A DNA stretch of 64,000 nucleotides from Geosiphon pyriformis uo1 (lineage: Eukaryota; Fungi; Glomeromycota): NCBI GenBank assembly GCA_016748015.1, contig JAAOMT010000303.1, positions 930,001-994,000 of the forward strand, written 5' to 3'. This document shows positions 23,053-35,130 of this stretch, one piece after another. The position numbers and the translations under genes were made by a program. Each line of letters begins with the position of its first letter. Position 1 is the first letter of the stretch. The notes beneath the pieces were generated by a model, which was not told the origin of the DNA, ran no database searches, and saw only the letters and a list, made by a program, of their open reading frames with translations.

Positions 23053-24411
23053 TTAAAAGAACATGTCAAAAATATTTCCACTATGAAGACAAAGTCCAAG
23101 ATTGCTTTTTGCAATTGTATTTCCCGCCTTCGCTGCTTTTAAATAAAGTTTCAATGCTTTTGCCAGATCCTCTGTTGTTCCCATTCCATTCTCATAACAA
23201 ATTGCAAGATTGTATTGTGAATCTTCATATCCTGCCTCGGCTGCTTTTAAATAGAGTTTAAATGCTTTTACCAAATTTTTTGTCGTTCCTTTTCCATTAG
23301 CATAACAAAGTGCAAGATTGTATTGTGCATTTAAATCTCCCGCCTCTGCAGCTTTTGAATAGAGTTCAAATGCTTTTTCTAAATTTTTTGTCGTCCCTTT
23401 TCCATTAGCATAATAAACTGCAAGATTGAATTGTGCATTTAAATGTCCCACCTCTGCTAGTTTTGAATAGAGTTCAAATGCTTTTTCTAAATTTTTCATC
23501 GTTCCATCTCCATTAGCATAATAAACAGCAAGATTGTATTGTGCATTTAAATGTCCTGCCTCTGCAGCTTTTGAATAGAGTTCAAATGCTTTTTCTAAAT
23601 TTTTTGTCGTTCCTTTTCCATTAGCATAATAAACAGCAAGATTGTATTGTGCATTTAAATGTCCTGCCTCTGCAGCTTTTGAATAGAGTTCAAATGCTTT
23701 TTCTAAATTTTTCATCGTTCCATCTCCATTAGCATAACAAAGTGCAAGATTGTATTGTGCATTTAAATTTCCTGCCTCTGCAGCTTTTGAATAGAGTTCA
23801 AATGCTTTTTCTAAATTTTTCATCGTTCCATCTCCATTAGCATAACAAAGTGCAAGATTGAATTGTGCACTTGTATCTCCCGCCTCTGCAGCTTTTGAAT
23901 AGAGTTCAAATGCTTTTTCTAAAATTTTTGTCGTTCCTTCCCCATTAGCATAACAAAGTGCAAGATTGAATTGTGCACTTGAATCTCCCGCCTCTGCAGC
24001 TTTTGAATAAAGTTCAAATGCTTTTTCTAAATTTTTGGTCGTGCCTTTTCCATTAGCATAACAAAGTCCAAGAATGTATTGTGCATTCGAATATCCCGTC
24101 TCTACAGCTTTTGAATAGAGTTCAAATGCTTTTCCTTGATCTTCTGAAGTACCAAATCCAGTATAATGACAACATCCTAAAATGAATTGTCCAAAAGTAT
24201 CTATCAAACACTGTGAATTTTTCTCATTCAAGCAATCAAAAAAATCTTCAGGTGTTTTCTGATTGCGCGCAAGATATTTTTTCCCTAATTCAATGACTTT
24301 TGAATATTCACTAGCTTGAAAAATGGCCAAGTTTTCTTTTATGACAATCAATGTTCCTTCGAGCCAGTCGAGGGGGGAAGTTGGGTTTTCAATTGAAGAG
24401 GTTGAAGACAT
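23053..24411 (-). CDS. Sel1-like repeat (SLR) protein, ~452 aa, 10 full plus 1 partial 36-aa repeats, intronless
   Basis: Repeats of AQ[YF]NLA.[CY]YANG.GT.KNLEKAFELYSKAAEAG match the Sel1 consensus. First in-frame ATG is at 24411 (the track start at 24513 is TTG). Near-identical 108-bp DNA units. Confidence 0.92.
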   Translation of the reverse strand: MSSTSSIENPTSPLDWLEGTLIVIKENLAIFQASEYSKVIELGKKYLARNQKTPEDFFDCLNEKNSQCLIDTFGQFILGCCHYTGFGTSEDQGKAFELYSKAVETGYSNAQYILGLCYANGKGTTKNLEKAFELYSKAAEAGDSSAQFNLALCYANGEGTTKILEKAFELYSKAAEAGDTSAQFNLALCYANGDGTMKNLEKAFELYSKAAEAGNLNAQYNLALCYANGDGTMKNLEKAFELYSKAAEAGHLNAQYNLAVYYANGKGTTKNLEKAFELYSKAAEAGHLNAQYNLAVYYANGDGTMKNLEKAFELYSKLAEVGHLNAQFNLAVYYANGKGTTKNLEKAFELYSKAAEAGDLNAQYNLALCYANGKGTTKNLVKAFKLYLKAAEAGYEDSQYNLAICYENGMGTTEDLAKALKLYLKAAKAGNTIAKSNLGLCLHSGNIFDMFF

Positions 24412-27000
24412 GATTTTCAAGCAACACAAATAGATTATTAAACTTTGAATCTTTTGTATGGGTAAAAAAGGATTTTCAAAAGAGTTTGTCTTCCTAATAA
24501 ATAAGGATTTCAACCTCTGATCACATTCCTGAAAAGGCTAGGCCTTTATCTAGATTGCTTAAACGGATAGAGATCGTCTGGAACTCCAATGTCATTGTCT
24601 TTATTGCCATTTTAAACCTAAAGTCGAGATTTTTTCGTGTAACAATCTAAATGCATTACCCCCAAAAATATTCTTTAAATATCAAAAAAATGTATATCAC
24701 TCTCGCTTGTGTAAAGTTTATCTTGGATTTCAGTCAGTCAGTCGATAACACCAATTTAATTAAACCATTTTTTAGAAACTGTTTTATCAATAATAAATAA
24801 CATGACAAACTTCCCCTTATTATAATGATGTAACTTCAATGAGAGCGTGTGAAATAAAATTAATTGTTTTTTTTGTAGGCGATGATAAAAAAGCCAGGTT
24901 TTCGGAGTAGGCAAATTTATTATTTTGTTAGTTTCTTATTAATGCCTAAATTCTAGAAAAATTAATAAATTCAATTAAAAGTTGATAACTTTAAATTTTC
25001 AAAATAATAATAATAAGGAATTATTTTCAAATAACACAATCAGAAATGGAATATAATTTCTTACTCACATATAGAACATGAGTTGGGCTCCAAGATTTAT
25101 TTTAAATGTTAAAGAAAATAAATACATTTTTTCCAATCTTATATCTGAGAATTATCTTCAAAAATTGCTTCAAATTTGAATTATGATTTAAGCTTTTATT
25201 TTAACAATAATATTTTTTGAACAGATTTTATTTCGAGATAATATTTCAAGTACTAATACTAGTAAGAATATGGTTATATATTAAATTACTAAGTTCAACA
25301 AAATAATGTCCTTAACATAATCAAAATTTTACTGTGCAAAGTTTAATATATGAAAAATTCTAAAACTGCAAATATTTTTAGCAAAATATGGTTTAATGCT
25401 CAAAAAACTTTTTGGGAAAAAAACCAAAAAACATAAAGATTAATCTTTATGAATTTTTTCAAAAATATATATATTATCTATAATTAACTTTTAAATTTAT
25501 TTGATTATGTTTATATTTTTTAATAGGCTTTTAATTTTTGAATTGTATTCTAATTATTAAAATTACAAATAATTTATTTTTGTAATATATATAATTCAAT
25601 ATTTAACATAATAATAAATTAAAAAAATGTATTGTAATTAATAAAATAATAAACCAAATTTTTGCATTTTTTGAAAATTAAATTTCAAAATTAAATTAAT
25701 TACATACAAAAAACAAAAAATTATAAACTTGAACTTAATTTAATTCATAACAAATTTTTTAATACAATATCTAAAAAAAATTTATATTAATTACATAATT
25801 AAATTTTTATAATTAATAATTTAAATGCTTTATTGATATTATTTTATAAGTGTTTAATTAAATTTAAATTATATTATTATAATAATTATTAAACATTAAC
25901 TAGATTTTTTGATAAAAGACTAAATATATTAAAAAATTAAGTATTGTAAAATTTTTTGATAAAGCTATTAAATTATTATTTAAAATAAAAAATTAAAGAA
26001 TTATTAGTCAAAATATTTATTTTATTCTGAAATTTATTAATAAACAATTTTTTTTTACAAAAAACAACGTAATTAAATTATTTAAAATTAAAAATTTTAA
26101 TAAACTTTATTAACAAATATTCGAAAATTCAAAAAAAGTTTTTTAAAAAACTAATAATTATTTTTTTAAATAAAAAATTCAATTTTTTTTATATAATCTA
26201 AAATTTTAATAAAATATTTAACACATTTGGTTTTATAAAATACAATAAAATTAGTTAATTATAAATAAAAACTAAAACAATAATCTGTTAATTATTAAAA
26301 TATTTTAATATATAATATTTTTTATTTTAAATTCTATTATTATTATTTTACTAAATTTTAAGCCAAAAAAAATAGTATAATTATTTAAATAATAATTTTT
26401 AAACAAAAAAAATAAAGAATTAATCTTAAATTAATTAAAAATTATAATATATATATTTATTAATTTTAAATAACAAAATTAATTTTTAATTTTTAATTAT
26501 AAATATTTTTAAATTTAATTAGTACTGTATTATATTATATTATTAATAATTTTAAGTTTAATAATAATTTATAAAATTAATAATATAAAAAAAATTTTTA
26601 ATTTTAATATATATATTAACAAAAACTAAATATTTTAATTTAAAACCAAGTTTAATTAATTTATAATATAACTTACAAATAAAGTTTTAATTAATTATAT
26701 TTATATTAAATAAAAATTATGGTTTTTTAAAATTAATATGCAATTTTGTTTTAAGTAACCAAATTTTATTTTATAAAATATTATAAAAAAACAAATTAAT
26801 TTTATAATTTTTATTATATTAAATTAATTAATTTAAAAATAATTAATGTTTTAATACAAGTTTTAAACATAAAATTTTTAATTATATATATATTATTTAT
26901 TAATAAAAATCTATTAAATTTATTTAAAAACAAAAGATTAAAAATTTTTTATAAAATATAAAAATCTTTAATTAATATAAATTATATATACTAAATAAGA

Positions 27001-30000
27001 TTATTCAGATAGGATCTTATTAGTATATAGTACTTTTGATGTTTTGCATAAGAACAATTTTTCAGTTCTAAAAAGTACAATGATGCAGTCTTCCATTTTT
27101 GCCATTGATTCAGTAATTAAAGATGTTTTAGAGAAAGGTCATGAACTTTGGTTGGTCTTACAGAATATGCAGAAGGCTTATGATTCTGTTGGGTGGAAGC
27201 ATTTTTGGAACAGTTTGGTTAGGATAAAGATGTGTAGCAGGTTCATTAGATTTTTTGGTAGTATCCATAATGATCATGTTAATAGGGTTATGACAGATTT
27301 TAGTTTAATGGATGGGTACAAGATACATGATGGCTTGGACCAGAGAGAGGTGTTCTCGCCACTTTTATGACACATATTTTATGATCTTCTTTTGTGTAAG
27401 ATCAAGAGACAGGCAAATAGATGTAGATATAGGTTAAATTCTTACTTTATTTTTAAATATGGTCATGCCAAATCTCGGGCTGGCCTTTTTTTTTTTTTTG
27501 CCATGGGTGCTTTTGTTAATAATACTATATGAATTGGCAGCAATCAAAGTACTACACAGCACATTCTTAATGTTGCTAGTGATTTTTTTAATATCAATAA
27601 TATTTTAATTAATAATAACAAGATTGTGGCCATTCTCATTAATTGCAAGGTTGTGGATCCTTCTCTGTTAATCAGTGGGTTACCTATTTTTATTGCCAAG
27701 AAAGAGGAATTGCATTGCTATTTAGGGATCTATTTGTCGACTAAGGGTCTTTCAAAGCCTAACTTGGCCAAAACACATTTTGATGTCTGGTTTTTTGCTA
27801 ATTTAGTTCTTAGAAAGGCAGTATCTGATAAGCAGTTTTTGTATTTGGTTTTAGCAGTTCTTTTTCCTATCATTGGCTATAGAACACAATTCAGTTATGT
27901 TCTTATCAGTGCTTATGAAAAGTGTGACACTTTGATTTATAAGAACTTGAAATCTAAGTTTGGCTTGCCACATGATTTTTCTAGTGATGTAATTCATTAC
28001 TCTTTTATGTATGGTTTGAAGACTTTTGAGCAGATTCAGGCTGAGAATAAATCAGTCTCAGTTGTTTTTTTTACAAACTCTGTTGAAATTTTGGGTCATT
28101 TATTCTCTTACCAGTCACATGATCTTCAGGTTCTCTGCTGGCATCCACTTCATCTCTTGTGGTACCCAGTTCATGTCAAAGTCAACCCTTTGAATAATTT
28201 TCTAGCAGGTATGATGTGCATTTTTTCTGGGAGTGATTTGTCCTTGGGTGGCTCTCTGACTGATGCTTTTTATCATTAAAGTAGAACTCCTATGTCTTGT
28301 GTTCTTGGTAAATCAATCTATTTTAAGTGTGTTTCTTCACTTTGGCATTATAGAATTGCCTTTGTGGACCAGCTATATGACCAAAGTGGGGCTATTTTTG
28401 ATTGAAAAACCTTCAGACGATAGAAGTGGTTGGATCCGCATAGTCTAGTTCCTGCCTAGTTTGAGCTTTTTGTTCAATTTTTTGGTGGTGCATCCTCTTT
28501 TTTTGTCTATTCCTTGTCTTTGAACAATGGCAACTTTTTAAATGTTCTTTGGTCTTGTGAGTTTGGTGCTATTAGTGCCAATTTGTTGTGTTCTAATATT
28601 GATCGTCTTTCTGTCTATATGGATGGATCTTTGAGTGATTTGAAGACTGTTGATATAAAAGCTGGGGCTGCTGTTTTCTTTAAGAACATTGGTATGGATT
28701 TGGGTGTGGAAATGTCTGGTTTGATGTTTTCTACCTTGACAAAGTTGCAGGCCATTGCTCTAGCTCTCAAGTGTGTCTCTCTTTCTTGCTCAATTGATTT
28801 GTTCTTAGACAGTCAAGCTGTTTTGGATGCTTGCAAGTTGGAATTGAATTTGGTTTACCCAGATTTTAGAAATTAGTGTTGGATTGAATGTCACCACATT
28901 GTAAATGTCATTTGTCATAAGAATTTGAATATTAATTGGTATAAGGTCAAAGGTTATTCGGGTGTTTCAGGCAATAAGCATGTGGATGAGTTGGCCAAAG
29001 CTATAGCTCTTTCTAGTTGGCATCTGCCCCATTTTATCAATAAATGTTATCTTAGGGTTGGTGGTGCTGCCATTTCTGGTAATTCTAAGCATTTTGTTTA
29101 GGATGTTTTTCAGTCAGTTCATTATGCATGTTGAGAAATTGGTTCTAGTTCATGGATGATGGTGAATAGTCTGTGTATAGATATTGATTGGTTCAAATCA
29201 TTACTGATATGGCATCCGAATTCTCACATGGCTGCTGGCTTCACTAGCAAGCAGACTGCTGGTTTCCAGACGTATTTTATGAAGGCATTGTATAATCAGC
29301 TCCCTGTTGCCATGTGTAAACAGCTTTATGATAAGAGTTACCCTAGTGTAGTGTGTTTGTTCTGTGGTGATGTTGAAGTTTTGGACCATGCTTTTTCTTG
29401 TTTGTTTGATGCTGATGATTATGCTTGGTTGTTGGACACTCATGCATTAGCTTAGGGGGTGCAATCTGGCCTGGGTCATTCTTTTTCAGGTGTTTTGTAG
29501 CTGTTGTTTATTTGTGCGTCTGACATTTTGGTCAGCACTGCTCTGTGCAAGAATTTTGTTTTCAAGGATTGATTTCATGAGTCTGTTTCTGTTTTTAAGG
29601 ATTCCAAAATAGTGAGTCAGAACATTGTGGCCTTTGTGCATGAGTTTAATTTTGCTTTTTGAAAAGACATTTGGTTAGTTCATGTCAAGCACTGTACTTT
29701 TATGGAAAAAAATGGACTTATTCCACATGATGAATCTGTTCCTATCTCGATTTCTGGGCTTCCTTCAGTGCTGTTGGCTGGTGTGGTTGGATTACTGGGT
29801 ATTGTAGAGGTGATTGGTGTTGGTTTCAGTTTTTGTAAGTCTTGTTTGTTTTTTTTAGACATAAGTGACATAGTTTCTGTTCATATAGGTGTATAGTGTC
29901 ATTCTGATTAATCCGAGTGGCTAGTCACATGTAGAAAGCACATGATTCACACCTAGTTTAGATTATTTGTATGATGTATTGCACTAGGCAGTGTTTGGAC

Positions 30001-30905
30001 TTTATTCATTGTTACAAGTGACTATTTCTGGTGTTGAATTAAATAACAAACCCATAACTTGGTGCTTAAATCTAGTTGCAGTTGATAGTAATCTGAAGGT
30101 TTGTGTCTAAAAGATCTGTATCTGAAGGATTTGATTGAATTCTTTGTATAATGGACAGAGATTCAATAGTAATAGTTTTATCTATAGCTTCCTGAAACTG
30201 CAGTTTTGTCAATTTCTTTCTCAGCTTGATGGCTGGTATTTCTCCTGGTAAGCTATTCTCAATCGAGTGTTCTATTTTTATTTCTGGGTTTTTTACCAGT
30301 CACGTTTATTCTGACGTCACTACCCTGCACATTAATTCTCAATAGAGTTAGTAAACATTAATAAAATCAAAACAAGAAATAAAGAAAAAAAAAAAAAATA
30401 AAGAAAAAAAAAAAATAAGCCAAGACAATTTGCAAGTTAGTGTTCTGTCAATAACCATGATTAAGAGCTATTGTTCCAGTATGATTAAGTATCAATTACT
30501 ATCAACATAAAGTGTTGATAGTGGCAGCAGGTTTGAGATAACAAACAGTTATTTATTTGTGGTTTTGGAAAGTTGGTTAGATAAAATCTAAATTGAGAAG
30601 TCTGTTTTTTTAGCTTTTAATCCTACTGCTATATATACATAATTGAAATTCCTTAATTCTTCAATTCTTTACAACAAAAATTTTGGGATTCTTGGAATCC
30701 TGCAATTCCTTTGAGAGAAATCCTGGAATTCTGAAATTCTGTGATTCTTTGTAAGAATCTTGTAATTCCTGAAATTCTGCAATTCCTAAGAGAAATCCTG
30801 GAATTCCACATTTTACTATGTCTACTTCTGATTGGTTAATAACTATGCTAATATATATTTCCTATATTTCTATGAGTAATATCATTAAATGTTAAAAAAA
30901 AAAAA
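27001..30905 (+). mobile_element. 5'-truncated LINE ORF2 (RT, RNase H, C-terminal zinc finger), 3' UTR and poly(A); pseudogenised
   Basis: RT motifs MQKAYDSV, GLDQ.EVFSPLL, AFVNNTI (decayed AFVDDT) and YLGI. RNase H motifs VYMDGS, LQAIALAL, DSQA and KVKGYSGVSGN. Zinc finger CLFCGDVEVLDHAFSC. Many in-frame stops. Poly(A) at ~30894-30905 after removing the LTR at 30010-30881. Confidence 0.9.
30010..30881 (-). mobile_element. Solo LTR (family A) inserted just upstream of the LINE poly(A)
   Basis: TGTTAC...GTAATA (decayed GTAACA); perfect TCAT TSD at 30006-30009 and 30882-30885. Homologous to 62177-63104 and 47601-47763. Minus-strand CCAAT (~30835) then TATATA (~30635); tandem CTGGAATTC-like repeats. 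Confidence 0.85.
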
Positions 30906-31419
30906 GATTACATATAAAAATTATGTTTAATTTAATATTTAAGTTAATAATATATAAAAATATAATTAAATAATTTTAATTTTATATATTTTTATATTAT
31001 TATAAATAATTTTTTATATTATATAAGTTAAAAATTTAATATATTTGAATTAATAAAATTAAATTTAAATAGTAAGTTTGAATATAATATTAATATTAGC
31101 TTATTTTAATTAATATTTAAAAACTTATTTTATATCTTAATTTTTATTAAATACAATTAACAAAATTTAAAAATAGTATAAATTAAATGTTAAATATTAT
31201 TTACAAACTATAATTTAATATTAAACAATAAATATAAGTTTAATTAATATTAATAATATTGTTTTATATAATTTTATATTTATATTATATTATATTTTTA
31301 AAAAAGACAATAATACTATTTATTACATAAATTAAATTTATATATTACACAAATTTTTAATAAAAAAATTCAAATCATTTGTTTTATAAACAATAAAACC
31401 AATTTTTTTTGAATATTAA

Positions 31420-34380
31420 TTATTCTTTGTTTCTTTAATTTTATAACTATAATCAAAACAAAAAATAAAAAAGCTGTAACTAATATCTTATTTTTGGTAT
31501 CTTATAAAGTTTCAACCAAAAAAATTTTTTTTGTTGTAGAAACAATTAAACAAAATGTCTTAAAAGCTTTTTCTTTAGCTAATAATAATAAAAAACTGCT
31601 TTTAGTAATTGTTAAAGCATTTTTTTCATCTTTAATTGGTTTTTACCAGTCAAAGTTTTCTTAAAAAACCCACTTGAGTTGTCTCTACTTTTTTTAAGAG
31701 CTTAAAAGTTTTTAATAACAGACTAGTTAACAAATCGGTTTTTTTTATTATAGTTTTTATACTTAGTGTTTCTAATATTATTTTTTCAAAAATAATAATT
31801 AAAAAAACTAAAGTTGCAAAAAAATAGAGACAGCTGTTTGTTTCTGTTATTATTATATTAAACTCTTTTGTAGTTTCTAATAAGATCTTAGATAAAATTT
31901 CTGTTATATTATTTAGTCTATTATAAGTTGAAATAACAAATTAATAGATAGCAAGAAAGAACAAAATTGTAGAATGATAGAATTGATTAAAGAAAATTCA
32001 ACTTTAAAGAGTGAATTAAATAAGTATAGATTTAATGTGTAAGATCAATTTCATAAAATATTTCAGTTGCTATTTTTTTCAAAAAATAACTGAAAAATCT
32101 AAAGATAGAAAGATAATTCATACTATTAATAATAATAATACATTAGTATAATTCTATGTCTTATATTAGCACTCTTAAAATTTAATATTAAGTATTAGAT
32201 ATACTTTTTAGTCATATTTTATTTAATAATCTTTAAATGTTACAATTATATAAGTCAGAAAAAGGGTAGATAAATGCCAACAAGTAATTTTTTATTTTAA
32301 AATATTTAGATACTTAAAGATAAAAAAAAAGAAATAATCAATAAAAAAAAGATTGAGATAATAGTTATTATTTTATTTATTCTTAATTAATTATTACATT
32401 AATTATTTGTTATATTAATATTTTTTACAGCTAAAAAACTTACTGTTTATATAACTATTAAAGAGTAATTAATGATCAGGTTAATAATTAGGTTAATAAT
32501 CAGGTTATTAATCAGGTCAATAATTACTATATAAAAATAAAATGGCTAATTATATAATATTAGTAACTAATACATATTATAACTAATAAAAACTATGGAT
32601 TTTAACTATAACATTATTACTTAAGATAAACCAAAATTAACTACTGGCTATATTGCCAAATATAATGTCTTTTGACAGATTATTACTGATTTAAAATTAA
32701 AACAACAGTCTTTTGTTAAATCACTTGTTTTTAAAAACTGAACTGATTAAATAAAAACTAAATTATTTTTTTTGCTAATTTTTAATGCTATTATTAGTGG
32801 TGTTTGGAAAACTATTACTAATCATTAAAGATTTGCTGGGTGAATAGTCTCTATTCTGGTGTTTAATACTACTTTTAAGATTAAATTGGCTTATGTTAAG
32901 GCTCTTTTCCAGTTTGTATGTAATTTTTTGAGTGTAAAGTTAGTGTTAAAAAACAATATAAAGCTCTTTTGTATAGAGTTTACTTTTTAAGAGTTTTTGA
33001 AAACTGCTTTTTTGGTTGAGCTTATGAGCTCTATTTATTTAGCTATTCTTAAAAGTGTCAAGTTTTTGGTAATTTTTAAGTCTGGTTTTTTTTGCTGCTG
33101 TTGTGCTATGTAATATGTTTTTGAATATGTTTATTGTTAATATTAAGACAGTTTTTGGTATGTTTGTTAAAGTTGTCTGTATTATACTAAAGCTTACTAA
33201 TATTTGGTAATATATAATTGTTTATTTTAAAAAACTGGACTTTGTTGTATCTGTTTTAAATTATTGATTAATTTTAATAAGTAAAGATAGTGTTAAGATT
33301 TTCTTTTTGGTAAATCAAAATAAGATTATTATATCTTGCAATAAGTTTAAAACCAAGTAAGTTAATTTTTTTTTGATTATATTACTTTTAAAATCAGTAA
33401 TATGATTTTTTAAGTTAATGGTCAAACATGTTTTATTTCTTGCTTTTCTAATTTTGGTTGTTGTTTTTAGCTTACTCTAATTATATTTAGATCTTAGATT
33501 GATTTGAATATTGCAATTATCAAAACTAATATGTTAAAAAAATGCTGTATTTGATAAAAAACTTCTAAAAATTGACACTGTTTTTGGTATTAGAGTTTAG
33601 ATCATCTGGCTTTAAATTGTAAGATGTCTTTATTTTTTTTTTTTAAAGCTCTCAAGGCTTTTGTTTTTTATGTTATTGACAACAAGTTTTATTCTAAAGC
33701 TGCTGCTTTTGTACTTTTTTTGGCTTCTTGGCTTTTAATTGGTTTAGTTTTTTTTGCTAATATAATGATTAATGATTCTGTGATTTCTTTTTGGTTAACT
33801 TTTCTAGAATCTGAGTTGGCCAAGCTTTCTGTTCTGGTTAATTCTATTGTTAAGCCAGTTAGTTTTATGGTCATTGTGTTTAAACAATTTGTTAATGAAA
33901 ATTTGGTTTCAAGTAATGCTTTTAGTCTTGGAGTCAATAAAATTTTGGTATACATGAGTATTTTTAGCAAAGCTATTAATAAGTTAAAGTAAAAAATAGT
34001 TGCTTTGAAAATTAGAAAAACATTAATATAACTAGCTTCTATGTAAATTTGTTTTTTGTTAATAATAATATGTTTTCTAATTTGATATTATTTTGGAAAT
34101 ATAAACCTATTGCTGTAAAAACTATTACCTTAAAAATGGCTAAATGGCTGATTGAACTAGTTAGTAATAGTACTACATTGTTTAAGATTGTTTAAAGAAT
34201 ATTTTCTTTAGATAAATTTTTTTTAAAGTAATAATATAATATAGCTTGAACTAACTTAAATAACTGGTTATATATAAAAAGCATATAAACTATATTTAGT
34301 ATTAGAATACTTAGTTTGTTTCTAATTTTTAGATAGTAGTTGAATCATATTTATTAAATTTTAATAAAAAATAAAAAAAT
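31420..34380 (+). mobile_element. ORF1-only non-LTR element copy, interrupted by the 31922-32613 insertion
   Basis: Colinear with 42570-44840 from the ORF start to the 3' tail; decayed zinc knuckle at ~33580-33620; A-rich tail at ~34365-34385. Confidence 0.8.
31922..32613. mobile_element. Probable solo LTR (family C)
   Basis: Starts TATAAG (possibly decayed TGTAAG), ends TAACA; flanks CTAT/TTAT. Removal restores the host ORF1 frame (AGT CTA TTA CTT AAG). Internal ~12-bp tandem repeat TTAATAATCAGG at ~32470-32525. Confidence 0.6.
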
Positions 34381-34859
34381 AAAATCATTATTAATATTAG
34401 TTATATTTACAAAAAAAGTCAAATTATACAAAAAATTAAAATTAAAACAAATATAATATTTTTAAATATTTAATATACTTTTTAAACCAAGTAAAAACAA
34501 ACTTTTTTGAATTTTATTACTTCTATTTTTTATATATTTTTTAGTTATAAACAATATTTTTACTGTTTTTTAATTAATTTATATATGTTATTTTAATTGT
34601 TTTTAAATATTTAATTGTTTTTTAAGATTTAAATTTATTTAAAATATTTATTTTGTAATTAAATAAATAAATATTTATATTGTTTATAATATAATTAATT
34701 AATAAATTTAAAATTTAAATTAACTTTATAATAAGTTTTTATAATAAAATACTTAATATTTTTTAAAATATAAATTTTGTTAACAGTTTTCAAATGTTTT
34801 ATTTTAGTATTAAATAACAATTAATAAGTTAAATTAAAAATTATATTTGTTATATTTTT

Positions 34860-35130
34860 ATTTATTAATATTTAATGAATAAAGCCTAATTATTATCTAA
34901 TACATAAAACCAAACTAAGTGGCTCAAATTAAATATGACTTATGCTTTTACTAAATATAATCAGTTACTTGAACCAGACAAAACAACATTAAACATTTAG
35001 TATTAACAAATATATTATCATTCAAACCAAAAAAAAAAAGATATAGTTTGCATCTATTAAAACTAATCACAAAAGATTTCACAATACCAAGCAAACAAAT
35101 CATCTTATCTAATAACATAAACACTATATA
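34860..35130 (-). mobile_element. Short 5'-truncated LINE 3' end
   Basis: Minus strand reads FVISFNRCKLYLFFFGLNDNIFV, like the ORF2 C-terminus at 29810-29896, followed by the shared 3' UTR ending TTTATTCATTAAAT. Confidence 0.55.

Noticed and set aside
23200-24130. CRISPR-like or non-coding tandem array
   Set aside because: 108-bp in-frame coding repeats with no unique spacers.
29900-29960. Hammerhead ribozyme in the LINE 3' UTR (CTGATTA...GAAA)
   Set aside because: The core deviates from CUGANGA and the required stems were not found.
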